A DNA stretch of 64,000 nt. Source: Mobula birostris. Lineage: Eukaryota. A program made the translations under genes and the position numbers. The notes under the pieces were generated by a model. The model had not been told where the DNA came from and did no database searches. It saw nothing but the letters and a program-made list of their open reading frames with translations. The stretch covers positions 14,963,884 to 15,027,883 of the forward strand of contig NC_092371.1 of NCBI RefSeq assembly GCF_030028105.1, given 5' to 3'. Positions 13,945-24,849 of this stretch are shown here, piece after piece (within the stretch, counting starts at the first letter, position 1; every line of letters begins with the position of its first letter).

Positions 13945-14195
13945 TTGTTATGGATGCCGCAACCCGCCAGGGTCGTTACGGCGATGTACAGATCAGCACT
14001 GCACCAGTTGCCACCATCTTTCACGTTTGTTGGCAATTACCTGGGTTGGGGCAAAACTCTCTCCGGTGCACTCTGTAATATTACCTGTCCATTTCAGCCT
14101 CTGTATTCCTCTTTCTTCATTTTCCCTGCACCGCTGCCTGAAGTATGGTCTTTGACAATCTACCTGATCGTTTCATGTGGCCATACCGTCTCAGT
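13945..14195 (-). mobile_element. RTE-clade LINE 3' fragment, cassette 1 only
   Basis: Minus strand reads LRRYGHMKRSGRLSKTILQAAVQGK..., resembling the RTE C-terminal motif LRWFGH..R....KxILQG.V.G; missing at the matching site near 63620. Confidence 0.6.
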
Positions 14196-14333
14196 TCATT
14201 CAAATTATAGAAAAGAAAAAATCTATATGATAACACTGAGGGAAGTTTTATGATAAGACTGACACCAACTATGCAAGAAGTTTCTGTTCTTCACTTAGGG
14301 TTCATAATCTTGACATCAGTGTTGGTCCAGCAT

Positions 14334-14339
14334 TTTATT
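14334..14339 (-). other. Probable B1 polyadenylation signal AATAAA
   Basis: About 135 nt after the stop; the equivalent site in B2 reads ATTAAA (63765-63770). Confidence 0.5.
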
Positions 14340-14473
14340 CACATAAACAATGAACCCATAGAAATCTTGTCAATCCCAGAGAGTCAACGGATGATTCGTT
14401 GAGAAGGTTTTAGTGTGACCTCGGGTTAGGTCAATTTCTTCATAATCCACCGACGTAGAACCCAACCAGATTC

Positions 14474-14536
14474 TCATCTGCGGGCAGAGGAGGATGCAGC
14501 GAACTCGAGGGAGGCATAAATGATCGGCGCTTGGGG
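14474..14536 (-). CDS. B1 exon 6, terminal exon with canonical ITIM (IIYASL)
   Basis: Acceptor tacattccag; PQAPIIYASLEFAASSSARR*; the stop is at the same position in the B2 copy. Confidence 0.8.
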   Translation of the reverse strand, partial: PQAPIIYASLEFAASSSARR

Positions 14537-17500
14537 CTGGAATGTATACCAAACATTGACAATTAAAGATATTGCACACCATAAAATACCATTGTTCAAC
14601 AGAGTCACCACTGTTCAAACCTTCTTCTGCGAGACACCTATTTAAATAACTCCAGGCTTCCATTTCATAATTCCCTGTGAACTGAGTTAATACCCATCAG
14701 TTTTTTGTACCCAATCCCAAACATCAGGTTTGTGAATCTTACAATGGTGTGCAATAAGCGTACGTACCGGAGCTGCACTACTGTGTCCTTGACGCGTCGC
14801 GGTTTGACGATGGGTCCCTGACGAAAGAGCATACATTGGAACTATTATTTCCTCTGTCTAATTCATAATTAGTTGCAGAAATGTCTTGTATATCATCAAT
14901 CCCAAATATGACAGTAATCCCCAGTATACCAGAGGTCAATCTTTGCTAAGAGATTCTAAATATTTCACATTTAACCCTGGCTGTCGGGTGCGTCATAATC
15001 TTCTTAAGCATTCGTCAATATGACAATAACCCCAACATAAGAATAGTTCTCAAATGCACAAACCACGGCGTCATGGAATCCTATACACCAATGAAAACAC
15101 AATAATTTCAGGACCGTCAAGATCTTAAAACCTGCAGTGGGCTTAGATGCGGCATGATATTTTCATAAATCCATGAGCATGCCTTCAAAGGTTACGTGGC
15201 GAGTGCAACAAGGAAGGGCCACAATTCGTTATTTTATGTTAGTTATAACTAAAGGCAAAAATCCGCAGATGTCATGTTTGCCTTTATTGGTAAGGGTATT
15301 GAGTATAAGAGTATAAAAATGATATTACATCGATATAAGCATTTTGTCAGGACGCATGTGGAGTATTGAATTCATTTCTTGTTGCCCCATTATAGAAAGG
15401 ATGCGGAAATCACACAGAAAAGATTTAACAGGATGTTGCATAGATGGGTATGATCTAGAAGTTAATGTTGGACATACCTGGGTTGTTGATTTACAGCAAA
15501 ATGATCAAAAGCACATAATAAAAAATCAACAAAGTTACAAAAATAAGTGCAGTAAATGCTAGGAGAAACCAGAAACAAACCAACCAATTACAGGGACCTG
15601 CGGCAGCTTAACTCAATTTGATTACTTATCCAGCTACAAATAAGTGGCAAGCGTCATTCACCAAAGTCTTGATTTAAAATACAAACTCATAAAAGACACT
15701 ATGCCTTATTATAAATGCAAGGCCGATTCAGTTTTAGAGTCAGTGACCACCAAATTATGTTATGACCTATCCATTGAAATGGAAAGGTCAATCCATAATA
15801 ACCATCTGGATAAAATATAGCAGGATCAATACATAGAAAAACTATGCAATTCCAATCACAGGTACCGAAGATAAATCAATAAGTGGTTAAAAGAGGGAAT
15901 TGAAAGGCAATGGAACATAAACAGGATATACATTGCCCCAACAGGAATATCGGCAACCACAGTCAATACACAACAGCGTACAACAGCTATCATCCCGAAG
16001 TCACCACACAATGGGATTAAACAACACAGCAATATGTATACCAAATCTACAGGAAGCAGCAATACTAAACACCTCTAGAATAGCATGGAATAATCTAGCA
16101 ATTGAGAAATGATTGTGCTTGGCTATATCTGTACCTCAGGTTTTACCAGTCTGAGCTGAGAAAATAAATAAAAATACAGCAAGAATAATACTACAAGCAA
16201 TATATACCGAGACACAACTGGCGGGAAAGACGTTTTTGGAGATTTGAGACATTTTCTCCCTCAAATCCCTACCCTTTGGATCAGCTCAATTAGTCCCGCT
16301 CCCAGCCAGTACTCCTTCTTGTGTCGACACTTCGAAAGCCATTGGCAGCAATGATCACACGAATCTCGAAGTAAGGATCGCGGTAAGTGTTAATAGTTAT
16401 AAGGATACGTCTGGGAAAAGAGAACTCTCACCTGATCTCCGCCCTTTCAAAGTCCAAATAGCAATGAGGATAACCGGGAAAACAAGGATGCCAAGCAGGA
16501 TCGATGTAGGAAGACACCAACCTAGAGAAAAAGAATTGTTGCTTGGTAAAATCTTTGTTTCCAAGACCTTTTGTGCGGGCTTTGATTCGGTGAATGATTT
16601 AATAAAATAACACTAAGCAGAAAGACAAATAAAATTAAACGTCGTGTTGGATTCAAATTATACAGACAGTTACCATCCACACTAATGATGTTTTAAAACC
16701 GAAGAATACTATCAGTGGATGTTCGTGTAATTATTTATATAGAATTCTTTATTCTTACAATTGTGAATGTATTGACTTCTTTTAAATGGCGCGCCCTGAA
16801 CAGCACACCAGAGCAAAATCCCAATGCATGTAAATATATATGGTCAATAAATTTAACTATTAGTTCTTAAGCTATATTGTACGATCAGAAACCCATGGCA
16901 ACGCCAACTGAAGAACGACTCTAAGAATGCAAGAGCCCGTAAGGCCATGCGGCCCCTCAGGCCGTTCCCCGCTTTTCCACCTTGCCCCTTCCACTCTTTT
17001 TGCGGCTCAACATCCTAACATGGAAACACAACGCCTTTCTTTCATTGTGGCTGTGTCTAGTTTCTCGAAAACGCATCCTAACAGCACGATGAGAACATCA
17101 CAGGCAAAAGACAGTTAAGAAGGAGGCTCACCTCCAGCTGCTCAAAGACTATTTGGATTGGGAAGACAATGGTGGGCTTGCTGGAGATAAGCAAATCGTT
17201 AAAAATGAATAAATACAAATTAATATTTGTTGTGAGGTTAGTGAACTAGCGAGGTATTCCAGAAGATATAAGACCATAACGTCATAAGAGCAGAATTAGG
17301 CGTTCGGCCCATCAGGTATGCTCCACCATTCCGCCACAGATGAGTATTAATATTATATGTGCTAAACGTCGCCTCACCTTGATCTGGTTCAATTGTGTGA
17401 TGGGACACGCTTTTGGTCCTCGTCTTTCCCGCACCCCCTAGTTGTGCGATGCAGGTACAGACTCCTCCGCTCCTCCAGGTTTCCACTGGGACCAGCACCT

Positions 17501-18799
17501 GACTCCTAACACTGTAGCTCTGGTCAGGATCAAGCGTGCCGGGATCGCTCCATCCTTCCATGATCTGGCCGGATATGTTCCAGTAAATGACAATCTGGAT
17601 GGAAGAAAGGCCAGCGACCAGACACACCAAGGGAACTGACCCATTCCTTTCAGAGGGCGGGACAAATACCAGCATGTTAGTCCGGCTGGTGGAGCTGTCT
17701 GGACAGAGATTGGGACATCGTTAATCGCAGCTTCACCCGAAGTGCATGGCTGAGTATAATCCCACTGTCAAGTGCTCTTACCTCCAACCAGGAGTGTGGG
17801 TCCTTTCGCAAGCAGTGAATAGCTATCCCTTCCAGCACAGTAGTAGAAACCCGAATCCTCCACACGGACGTCCCGGATTTCCAGCACTGATGTGCGATCG
17901 CTGGAGCCTTTTTTGTAAGTCATCCTGCAACCGGTCTTTCGGCAGTCCGTGGCTTTGATCGCTACCGGGGGTTCGGCCGCATGCTGTTTGTACCAGAGAA
18001 TGCTACTCACGACATCCAACCGGTGCATGTGTTCACAGGATAGTTCAACCGTCTGACCGACATGTGCAGACACTGCAGCCGGACTCGAAGGAAAAGGCGT
18101 GGGTTCTGCAACTGGAATTATAACCAGTTAGTTAAAATTATCTGCTACGGAATAGAAGGAAGTATAAATTCAACATATTGCCTGCAGTTTAAACATAGCC
18201 TGCCATTTTCGGTTGTATTTATTGGCTAAGATGTCTCAACAACATTAAAGGAAGACCAGAAGGCAAATTCACGTTGACCTGGCCAAATTCGCAAGACTTA
18301 GACTTTATTCATTGACTGGATGCATAGCGGCAAAATTAGTTTATCTTTCTATCCTGAGTTGACCTTTAACTGAGTGGTTTGATTAACATTTCAGACAGGG
18401 CACACCAAGCAATCTACCCTGGATCTGGAGTTATGTACGGATAGAGTAGATCAGTGCGCCAGATATCTTTCATCAAAAGAAGATGAACGAGGAGCATCTA
18501 GAAAATTATTTAGAGTTCATTTAGGTAGTTTTAGAATCAGCATTAATGAGGTTCTAGCTTTGTAATCCAGATTTATTTGATTCGCTGAATTCTAATTCCC
18601 CACTTGCGAGGGTCTTTTGGGTAACATTTTCTTGGTTTTCTAACCGAACAATATTCCCACTGGGATGGAAAACTTGCCAGGACGCATATCTCCCTAAATT
18701 TCGGACCGATCGCGCATGGAAATTCCCAACGTCAACTCACTCACCGCAAACATGAAACATCTGAACGGTAACGAATAGAGATAAAGCTTCCACCAACAT
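14474..18799 (-). CDS. Gene B1: intact non-rearranging VJ-C1-TM-ITIM IgSF receptor, 302 aa, 6 exons (18799-18745, 18111-17782, 17698-17378, 16521-16432, 14817-14768, 14536-14474)
   Basis: All introns are GT..AG, phases 1,1,1,1,0. The spliced ORF is open: MLVEALSLFVTVQMFHVCVAEPTPF...ELSC...ILWYK...DSGFYYCAGRDSYSLLAKGPTLLVG-DSSTSRTNMLVFVPPSE...LVCL...W...VCTC...-GWCLPTSILLGILVFPVILIAIWTLKGRRS-GTHRQTATRQGHSSAAP-PQAPIIYASLEFAASSSARR*. Confidence 0.85.
14768..14817 (-). CDS. B1 exon 5, short cytoplasmic exon
   Basis: Acceptor ctctttcgtcag, 50 nt, phase 1 to 0, donor gtacgt. It bridges the TM exon and the ITIM exon in frame. Confidence 0.75.
15560..16175 (+). mobile_element. R4/Dong-like LINE remnant (restriction-like endonuclease region)
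   Basis: Degenerate AIP....K...IERQWNINRIYIAP..IS motif; 3' end gagctgagaaaa shared with the 39.2 kb copy. Confidence 0.55.
16432..16521 (-). CDS. B1 exon 4, transmembrane exon
   Basis: Acceptor ttctttttctctag; GWC-LPTSILLGILVFPVILIAIWTL-KGRRS; donor G|gtgaga; uncharged TM. Confidence 0.9.
17378..17698 (-). CDS. B1 exon 3, C1-set domain
   Basis: Acceptor ctctgtccag; VFVPPSE...LVCL, W, SVRSQ, VETWRSGGVCTC (paralogous to A2 exon 3); donor G|gtgagg. Confidence 0.9.
17782..18111 (-). CDS. B1 exon 2, V-set domain with joined, degenerate J (LAKGPTLLV)
   Basis: GQTVELSC, WYKQ, DSGFYYC; acceptor attccag (a tandem alternative starts the exon at 18105); donor G|gtaaga. Confidence 0.93.
18718..18727 (-). 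promoter_or_regulatory. NF-kB site GGGAATTTCC in B1 intron 1, just after the leader donor
   Basis: + strand reads GGAAATTCCC; matches GGGRNWYYCC; next to the CpG-rich B1 5' region (~18780-19000). Confidence 0.45.
18745..18799 (-). CDS. B1 exon 1, signal peptide
   Basis: MLVEALSLFVTVQMFHVC followed by phase-1 donor G|gtgagt. Confidence 0.8.
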
Positions 18800-19489
18800 C
18801 TGGACTCGGACGGCTAGCGCTGCGCTCAAGTCCCAGGAGTCGGAGTGAGATCGGCTGCTGCTCTGTGCAAATTCTCAGCTGCCGTGGATCCTGCTCGGTA
18901 CCGAGGTTCCGGGGCGGGGCCGCTGCATTCATCTCGCGGCTTGCGCGGGTTACACCTAGTTACCGAGTCAGTGCGCCACATGGTCAAACAGCTATGAAGC
19001 AATGATCGGAAAGACGTCAAATCAGAGTATGGTTTCTGCATGGCTTCCGGGATGACAAGAGGTATATCGCCAGCAAGAGCAGCATTAATGTCCTCTTGCC
19101 TCAATCCCCGCAGAAGCCGGTGGAAATCAGAAACACTACTTTCTGCAGCCCTCTCTTGTAAAGGTATTCCGTGCTCTACGCAAAGAAAGGGTTTAGAACC
19201 AGAGTCGTTGAATGGAGACAGATATACAGCCAGGGTAATTCACGACTTGAGGAGGAACCTGCGTTTCCATCCCTGCTACACTTGACGTATTTCAATCATT
19301 AATACCAAGTTCGCCTTGTCCGAACTGCACCTATAGTGGCCAGCGAAGAACATTCCATCGAAATCATCTCTGCCAAGGTAAAAATGGATGTGCTGTCAGA
19401 ATGTGTTACCCGCTCCGGGCTTCGCAGCATCTGATCTGCTCTTGCAGTCACTGTATCTATAAAGCGATTGCCGTTTGTAATAAATGGTG

Positions 19490-20120
19490 GTTTTTATAGA
19501 GTTGCTGCAATGCTGAGTCTTTATAAGACATTGGTCAGAAAGCCCTTGGCCTATTGCGCTCAGCTTTGGGCCCCATATCTAAGAAAGAATGAGCTGTCAT
19601 TGGAAACGGTCCAGAGAAGATTCGCCACAATGATCTTGAGAATGAAAAGGTTAACGCACGACGTGCATTTGAAGGCTCTGGGCGTGTACTCGCAAGAATT
19701 TGGAAGAATGATGTGTGTGCATGTGGGGGGGGGGTGTGGTCGGTTAAATCATTAAAATATATTAAATATTGAAAGGCCGAGATAGAGAGGAAGTGGAGAT
19801 GATGTTTCCAGCTTTGGGATGGTCTAGGTCCAGAGGGGACAGCCTCAGAACAGAGGGAGCTCCCATTAGAATAGAGACAAAGAGGAATTTATTTAGCCAA
19901 GGTTGGTGAATCAGTGGAAGTCATTGCGAGAGATGGCTGTGGAGCTGAAGGCATTGGACATACATAAAGCGAAAGTCGATAGATTCCTGATCAGCAGGGG
20001 CATCAAAGGTTTTGGGAAAAGGCAGGAAAATGGGGTTGAGAGGGAAATGAATCAGACATGATGGATCGGCAGAGCAAACTCAAAGAGCTGCATAGCCTAA
20101 TTGTGCTCCTGCGTCTTGTG
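19490..20120 (+). mobile_element. CR1 LINE 3' fragment
   Basis: LSLYKTLVRKPLAYCAQLWAPYLRK..LSLETVQRRFATMI. Confidence 0.8.
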
Positions 20121-20224
20121 GATTATGGATTATGCGGAATTCGTTAGAGTTGTATGAAATTATCAACGCAGATCCTGTTGGAGATGGTCACAACTCCGAG
20201 ATTCTGTTCCTCCAGTGCTCATTA

Positions 20225-20320
20225 TCTATTTTTCTATCTATCTAGCTATTTATGTATGTATGTATGTATGTATGTATGTATTTATTTATCTGACTATCTA
20301 TCTGTTTATTTATTTAGGTT
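20225..20320. repeat. (TATG)n/(TTTA)n simple repeat
   Basis: Direct reading of the sequence. Confidence 0.8.
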
Positions 20321-22059
20321 CTAGTGTTGCCTACATTACGATGCCTAAGTAAACAGGACGCAACATAGGGCAATGTATTTGAGGTTAATTTCCACAGCAT
20401 GCTCGTTGTGTGCTGCAGTGCCTTCTAATGTGCAATTTAACATCAAGTCTAAAGAGCTGACCTTTCAGCAGCAGCGTCCAAACTCTGAAAACAGGAAACC
20501 TGCACAGTGCCTTTTTGTTCGGTCATATTTTGCATCGCAGGCATTAAATGCTGCATCTTTTCCCCCAGTACAGTATTTGAAGCGTCGACAGTGAAATAGA
20601 TGTATCATGGGTTAATCGGTCTGCGAATTTCACGGTAGCAGTTTACTGGCAACCTTTGATAACAGCACACCTTGCTGTCTTTGTATCAGGGGCTGATTCG
20701 TTTCCCTTTTACTGAAGATAAAATCCTTCTCTCGAATCGAATTGGCTTTGGCACCACATGGCCCTGTAGGTCCATAACCAGCAGTTGTACTGTGAACTGA
20801 ACATTGAATCTTTTTTCATTCGTCGTCCCTCACCTTAAAGTCATTAGCCCTGATGAAGGGCATTGGCCCGAAATGTTAAATATTTATTCCAATCCAAATA
20901 ATCTGCTTATGTTCTGAGCTCTTTCAGTATTTTCTGTGGTACGCTGAAAGTTAGATGCCTCTAATAAGGGCCCCCGTAAAGCTTGCACAGCGCGGAAGAT
21001 TAATTCGGTCCCCTTTCTCCCCCTGGCGATTCTTCTTATTTTTTTCTTAAACCCATTAACCCTCCTGCGTCACAGGTCGCTGACGGCTGACTGGCCCTGG
21101 CCCAATCTTTCAAATTATCCCGAGGTGTAGCCCATCTTCGAAGGTGCTTGCTCTCCCAAGAATGTGGTCTTCGGAACTTGTGTTGGCATTTCTGCAGCTA
21201 TGAGGTTGTACGGGATGGGGTTGCTAGCCCCATACCGAAAACTCTTCCGTTCGCAACCGGGCGTGGCACCGTCCATGTAAAAATTCTTCTTGTGCTTCTG
21301 CTCTGCAGTAACTCGCTTTCATCTCTCTCCCTCTCACCCATCGTCATCTACTTCTGTTTCTTTCCCACTCGTGTAGCCACCTATTTTAGTATTAAATCCG
21401 CTTCCACTGTTCACTATCTAGAAGGAGTTCCGCATTCTTCCCAGTGTCGGAGTCTTGATTTATTCCCGACTTCTACGTTGGATTTATTAGGGATTAGCCT
21501 AATGACCGCTCCCACTACTCCAAATTTCTCGTCTGTCAGCAGTATCATCCTTATAAAAACACGTGAGATTCAGCAGATGCTGGAACTCCGGACCAACACA
21601 CAGGATGTTGGAGGAAATCATCAAGTCAGGAAGCGTCTACGGAGATATCCTGATGAAGGGTCTCTGTCCGAAGCATTGACTGCTCATTCCACTCCATACA
21701 TACTGCTTCTTCGGCTGAATTCCTCCAGCACTATTTTTGTGTTGATTATGGGTTCCTCTATCCGATTCTTTTATTGATATTCTGTATACTCTCTGAGTTC
21801 TTGAACGGCCAGAGTAAAACTCTTATTGTCGTAACTTTTTCCAAGTCTGTAATATTGTGCATATCAGAACAAGAGGGCCTCATACAAATGCATGTAACTT
21901 TCCTGATCTTTAGTGAAACGTTTTCTTCTTGTGAATCGTTGGGGGACTGGTGTACGTCAGCTAAATGGGGTAAGCCTTCGGATGGACACATTATTAGCAA
22001 TTCGTTCTTTTGCTCCGTACAAGTTGATAATTACATTGCGGATTAACTCTCTAGACTGC

Positions 22060-22650
22060 ATCTCACCACGTATACAATTAATTTGACGTTACTCTTGGCA
22101 CGCTGGCTTTCATACATGCAGCGGTCACTTTATTATACCTGCCTTTTAAAGTTGTCACTAAGTATATGTTCGTGGTCTTCAGTTGTTGTGGTCCAACCAC
22201 TTCAATGTTTGACTTCTTCTGCGTTAGAAGACATTCTACTGCACGTCATAGTTGTAACGCATGTGTATTGGAGTTATTGTCACCTTCCTGTCAGTTTGAA
22301 ACATTCTGGCCATTCTCTTCTGATTTCTCCCATTAGTGAGGCGTTTCCGCCACGGAATTACTGCTCACTCGATGTTTTGATTTATTTTTCGTCCCATTCT
22401 CTGTAAACGCTAGAGACTGTTGTGCATGAAAATCCCAAAGGATCAGCAGTTTCTGAGATAGTCAAAGTGACCATTTCAAAGTCAAAGTCACTAAGATCAC
22501 ATTTCTTCCCCATTGTGATAGTGGTCTGAACAGCACTGAACCTGTTCACCCCGTCTACCTACTTTTATGCATTAAGTTGCTATTACATGTTTGACCGATT
22601 AGATACTTGCACCAACGATAAAGTGTACAGAAATATCAAATAGAGTGACC
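22060..22650 (-). mobile_element. Tc1/mariner transposase remnant
   Basis: Minus strand SETADPLGFSCTTVS matches the fish Tc1 N-terminal motif SETADLLGFSxTTVSR; related copy at ~37 kb. Confidence 0.65.
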
Positions 22651-22899
22651 ACTATGTGTAAGCCAGTGTACTGAGTCGAAAGTTTGAGAGGCAATTTTGC
22701 GGTTGAACACGACGCCAGCAAAGCCACATCTGCATCATTGTGTTCAGTTTTAGGTGCCTTCCTATATGAGATATGCTATTGAACTCAGAAGACTGCAGAG
22801 GACATTTACATGGATGCTGCCAGGACATGTAAGAATGAGTTACAGGGTTACGATGGGCAGGCCGTTCTATAACGCGTGGGAGACTGAGAAGTGATGTTG

Positions 22900-23770
22900 C
22901 AAGACGATAAGGTATAGGAGCAGATATAAGCCATGTGGTTCGTCAACTTTGCTGCGCCCTTTCATAATCACTGGTGTATTTTCCCTCTCAGCACCAATCT
23001 CCTGCTGTCTTGTATCCCTCCATGCCCCTACCTGACAAAAATCTACCAATTGCTTTAAATATATGTAAATACTTGGCCTCTCCACCCTATGGCTGACGAA
23101 ATGTCTCCATTTCTCTATTCTAAAATGACGCTGCTCTATTCTAAACCTGTGCCCTCTAGTCCTGGACAAGCCCACCATCGGTAACATCCTCTCCGCATGT
23201 AATCTGTGGAGGTTTTTGAACATTAGAAAGGTTTCAGTTAGCTCACCCTTCAGCCTTCTGAATTCCATTGACTGCAGGCCCGGAGCCATTACATGCTCTT
23301 CGTATGAGAAGCTGTTCAATCCTGGACTAATTTTCGTAGCTTCCTTTAAACCCTCTCGAGTAGCAGCACATGCTTTCTAAGAAAAGGGGCCCAAAGCTGC
23401 TCACAAGAGCAGGATTGAGGCCTCACCAGTGTTTTGTTGAACGTTACATACATGCTTTCATATTCTTGTCCCCCTGAAATAAATTCTAACAGCGCATTTC
23501 CCTTCTTCACCACCAATTCCACCTGAAATTTAACCATTAGGGAATCCTACACAACGGCTTGAAGTCAGTTTGCTCTTCAGTTTTCTCTCCATTGAGAAAA
23601 TAGCCTACACTCATATTTTTTAGACCAAAGTGAATGACCATACACTTCCCGACACGGTATTCCACCTGACACCTCTTTGCCTATCGATGAATATTGTAAG
23701 TCCTTCTGTACCGTCTCTACTTTCTCAAAACTACGTGTCCCTCCATTTACTTTCGTAACTTCCATAAACA
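22900..23770 (-). mobile_element. CR1 LINE fragment
   Basis: KTLVRPQ...QLWAPFLRKHVLLLERV; FRRLKGELTETF..F. Confidence 0.8.
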
Positions 23771-23949
23771 TTTCAAAAACTCATCAATTTTGTCATCTAA
23801 GTCATCTAATGCGAAGGAAATGTTCAAAATAAGGAACATTTGGGGAAACAATCGTGTTGTGGAGACCTCGTAGTTATTTTTTTTTAAGTTTTCGAACGCC
23901 CTGTAATGCCTCAAATTTCAAAGACAGAATAATTAACATGTATTGTGCT

Positions 23950-24190
23950 AATAGTTATATCTGACCAATTAAGGGCGTGTTGTACCCAACTCTCCTTTAA
24001 GATGATGGATGGGGCACCACGGTGTGTCGTGGTTAGCACGACACTTCCACTGTTCGGGGACATCATTTGTAAGAAATGTGCTCGGCCTCCTCGTGGAATG
24101 TGTCTGTTTCCTCATACAGTCCAAAGATGTGACGATTAGTTGCTTAATTGGTTACCGTAAGATGTCCCGTGAATAGGCTAGAGTTAAGTT
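23950..24190 (+). mobile_element. SINE remnant, V-SINE/HE1-like
   Basis: tRNA-like head ggcaccacggtgtgtcgtggttagcac plus central tgtctgtttcctc..cagtccaaagatgtg...aattgg segment. Confidence 0.5.
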
Positions 24191-24849
24191 ATTTTACTTA
24201 CTTCAGAAGAGTTTGGCATATTCATTTGAACTTCTGATCATGGGTCACCCCTCTCATCTAGTTTGCATTGAGGGTAACATTTCATATTAACATCAAACTT
24301 GCTAACAGTACACACAGTTAGTATCACCAAGGGCAATAGAGATGCAGCAAGCACTCCACACTTTTCGAATTGAAGGTCCCTGCAAAAGGCCAATTTGCCG
24401 CCTCCCTACTGACCTCACCTGATGAACCAGCACTGAATAACTGTACAACACGAAAAAACCTTTGAGAATACACTTTATTCATTCCTCTTAAGAGAGCCAT
24501 TGCTGTCAACTAATTAGCACAGTTTTATTTATCATGAACACTTATGCTAGTTACCATAGAGCATAAGCCAAGAGTTATAATTCTTCTATTCAGATCATCC
24601 ACCATAACATAAAGAACAGAATTATCCCATTGGCTCATCGCTTCTGCTCCGTGGGTGACGGGGGAAAGGAAAACGTAGAACACGCATTTAAGGGGAGCTG
24701 TAGTCGAGGATCTGACATATGCAGACGGTATTGACCAGAACACTTAAGACAAATTTCCTGCCCTTCTTTCCCTGTAGCACCTTGGTGTGATGAGTTTTCT
24801 CATCGATTCTGTAGTCTGCGTCCTCATCACCCCAGATTAAAAGAATCAG

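Larger units (their letters stand above)
390..14560 (+). repeat. Segmental duplication, copy 1 (A gene + 3' end of B gene)
   Basis: Collinear but diverged similarity to ~48790-64000, covering promoter, introns and shared old repeats. Confidence 0.9.

Noticed and set aside
16273-16364. Open Cys-rich frame right after the B1 TM exon (DSCDHCCQWLSKC...)
   Set aside because: It needs a weak GAG acceptor and a 67-nt intron; the 50-nt exon at 14817-14768 already bridges TM and ITIM exons with strong sites and parallels A2 exon 5.
18865-18872. Octamer-like ATTTGCAC upstream of the B1 ATG
   Set aside because: One mismatch to ATTTGCAT, and no counterpart in the A promoters; may be chance.
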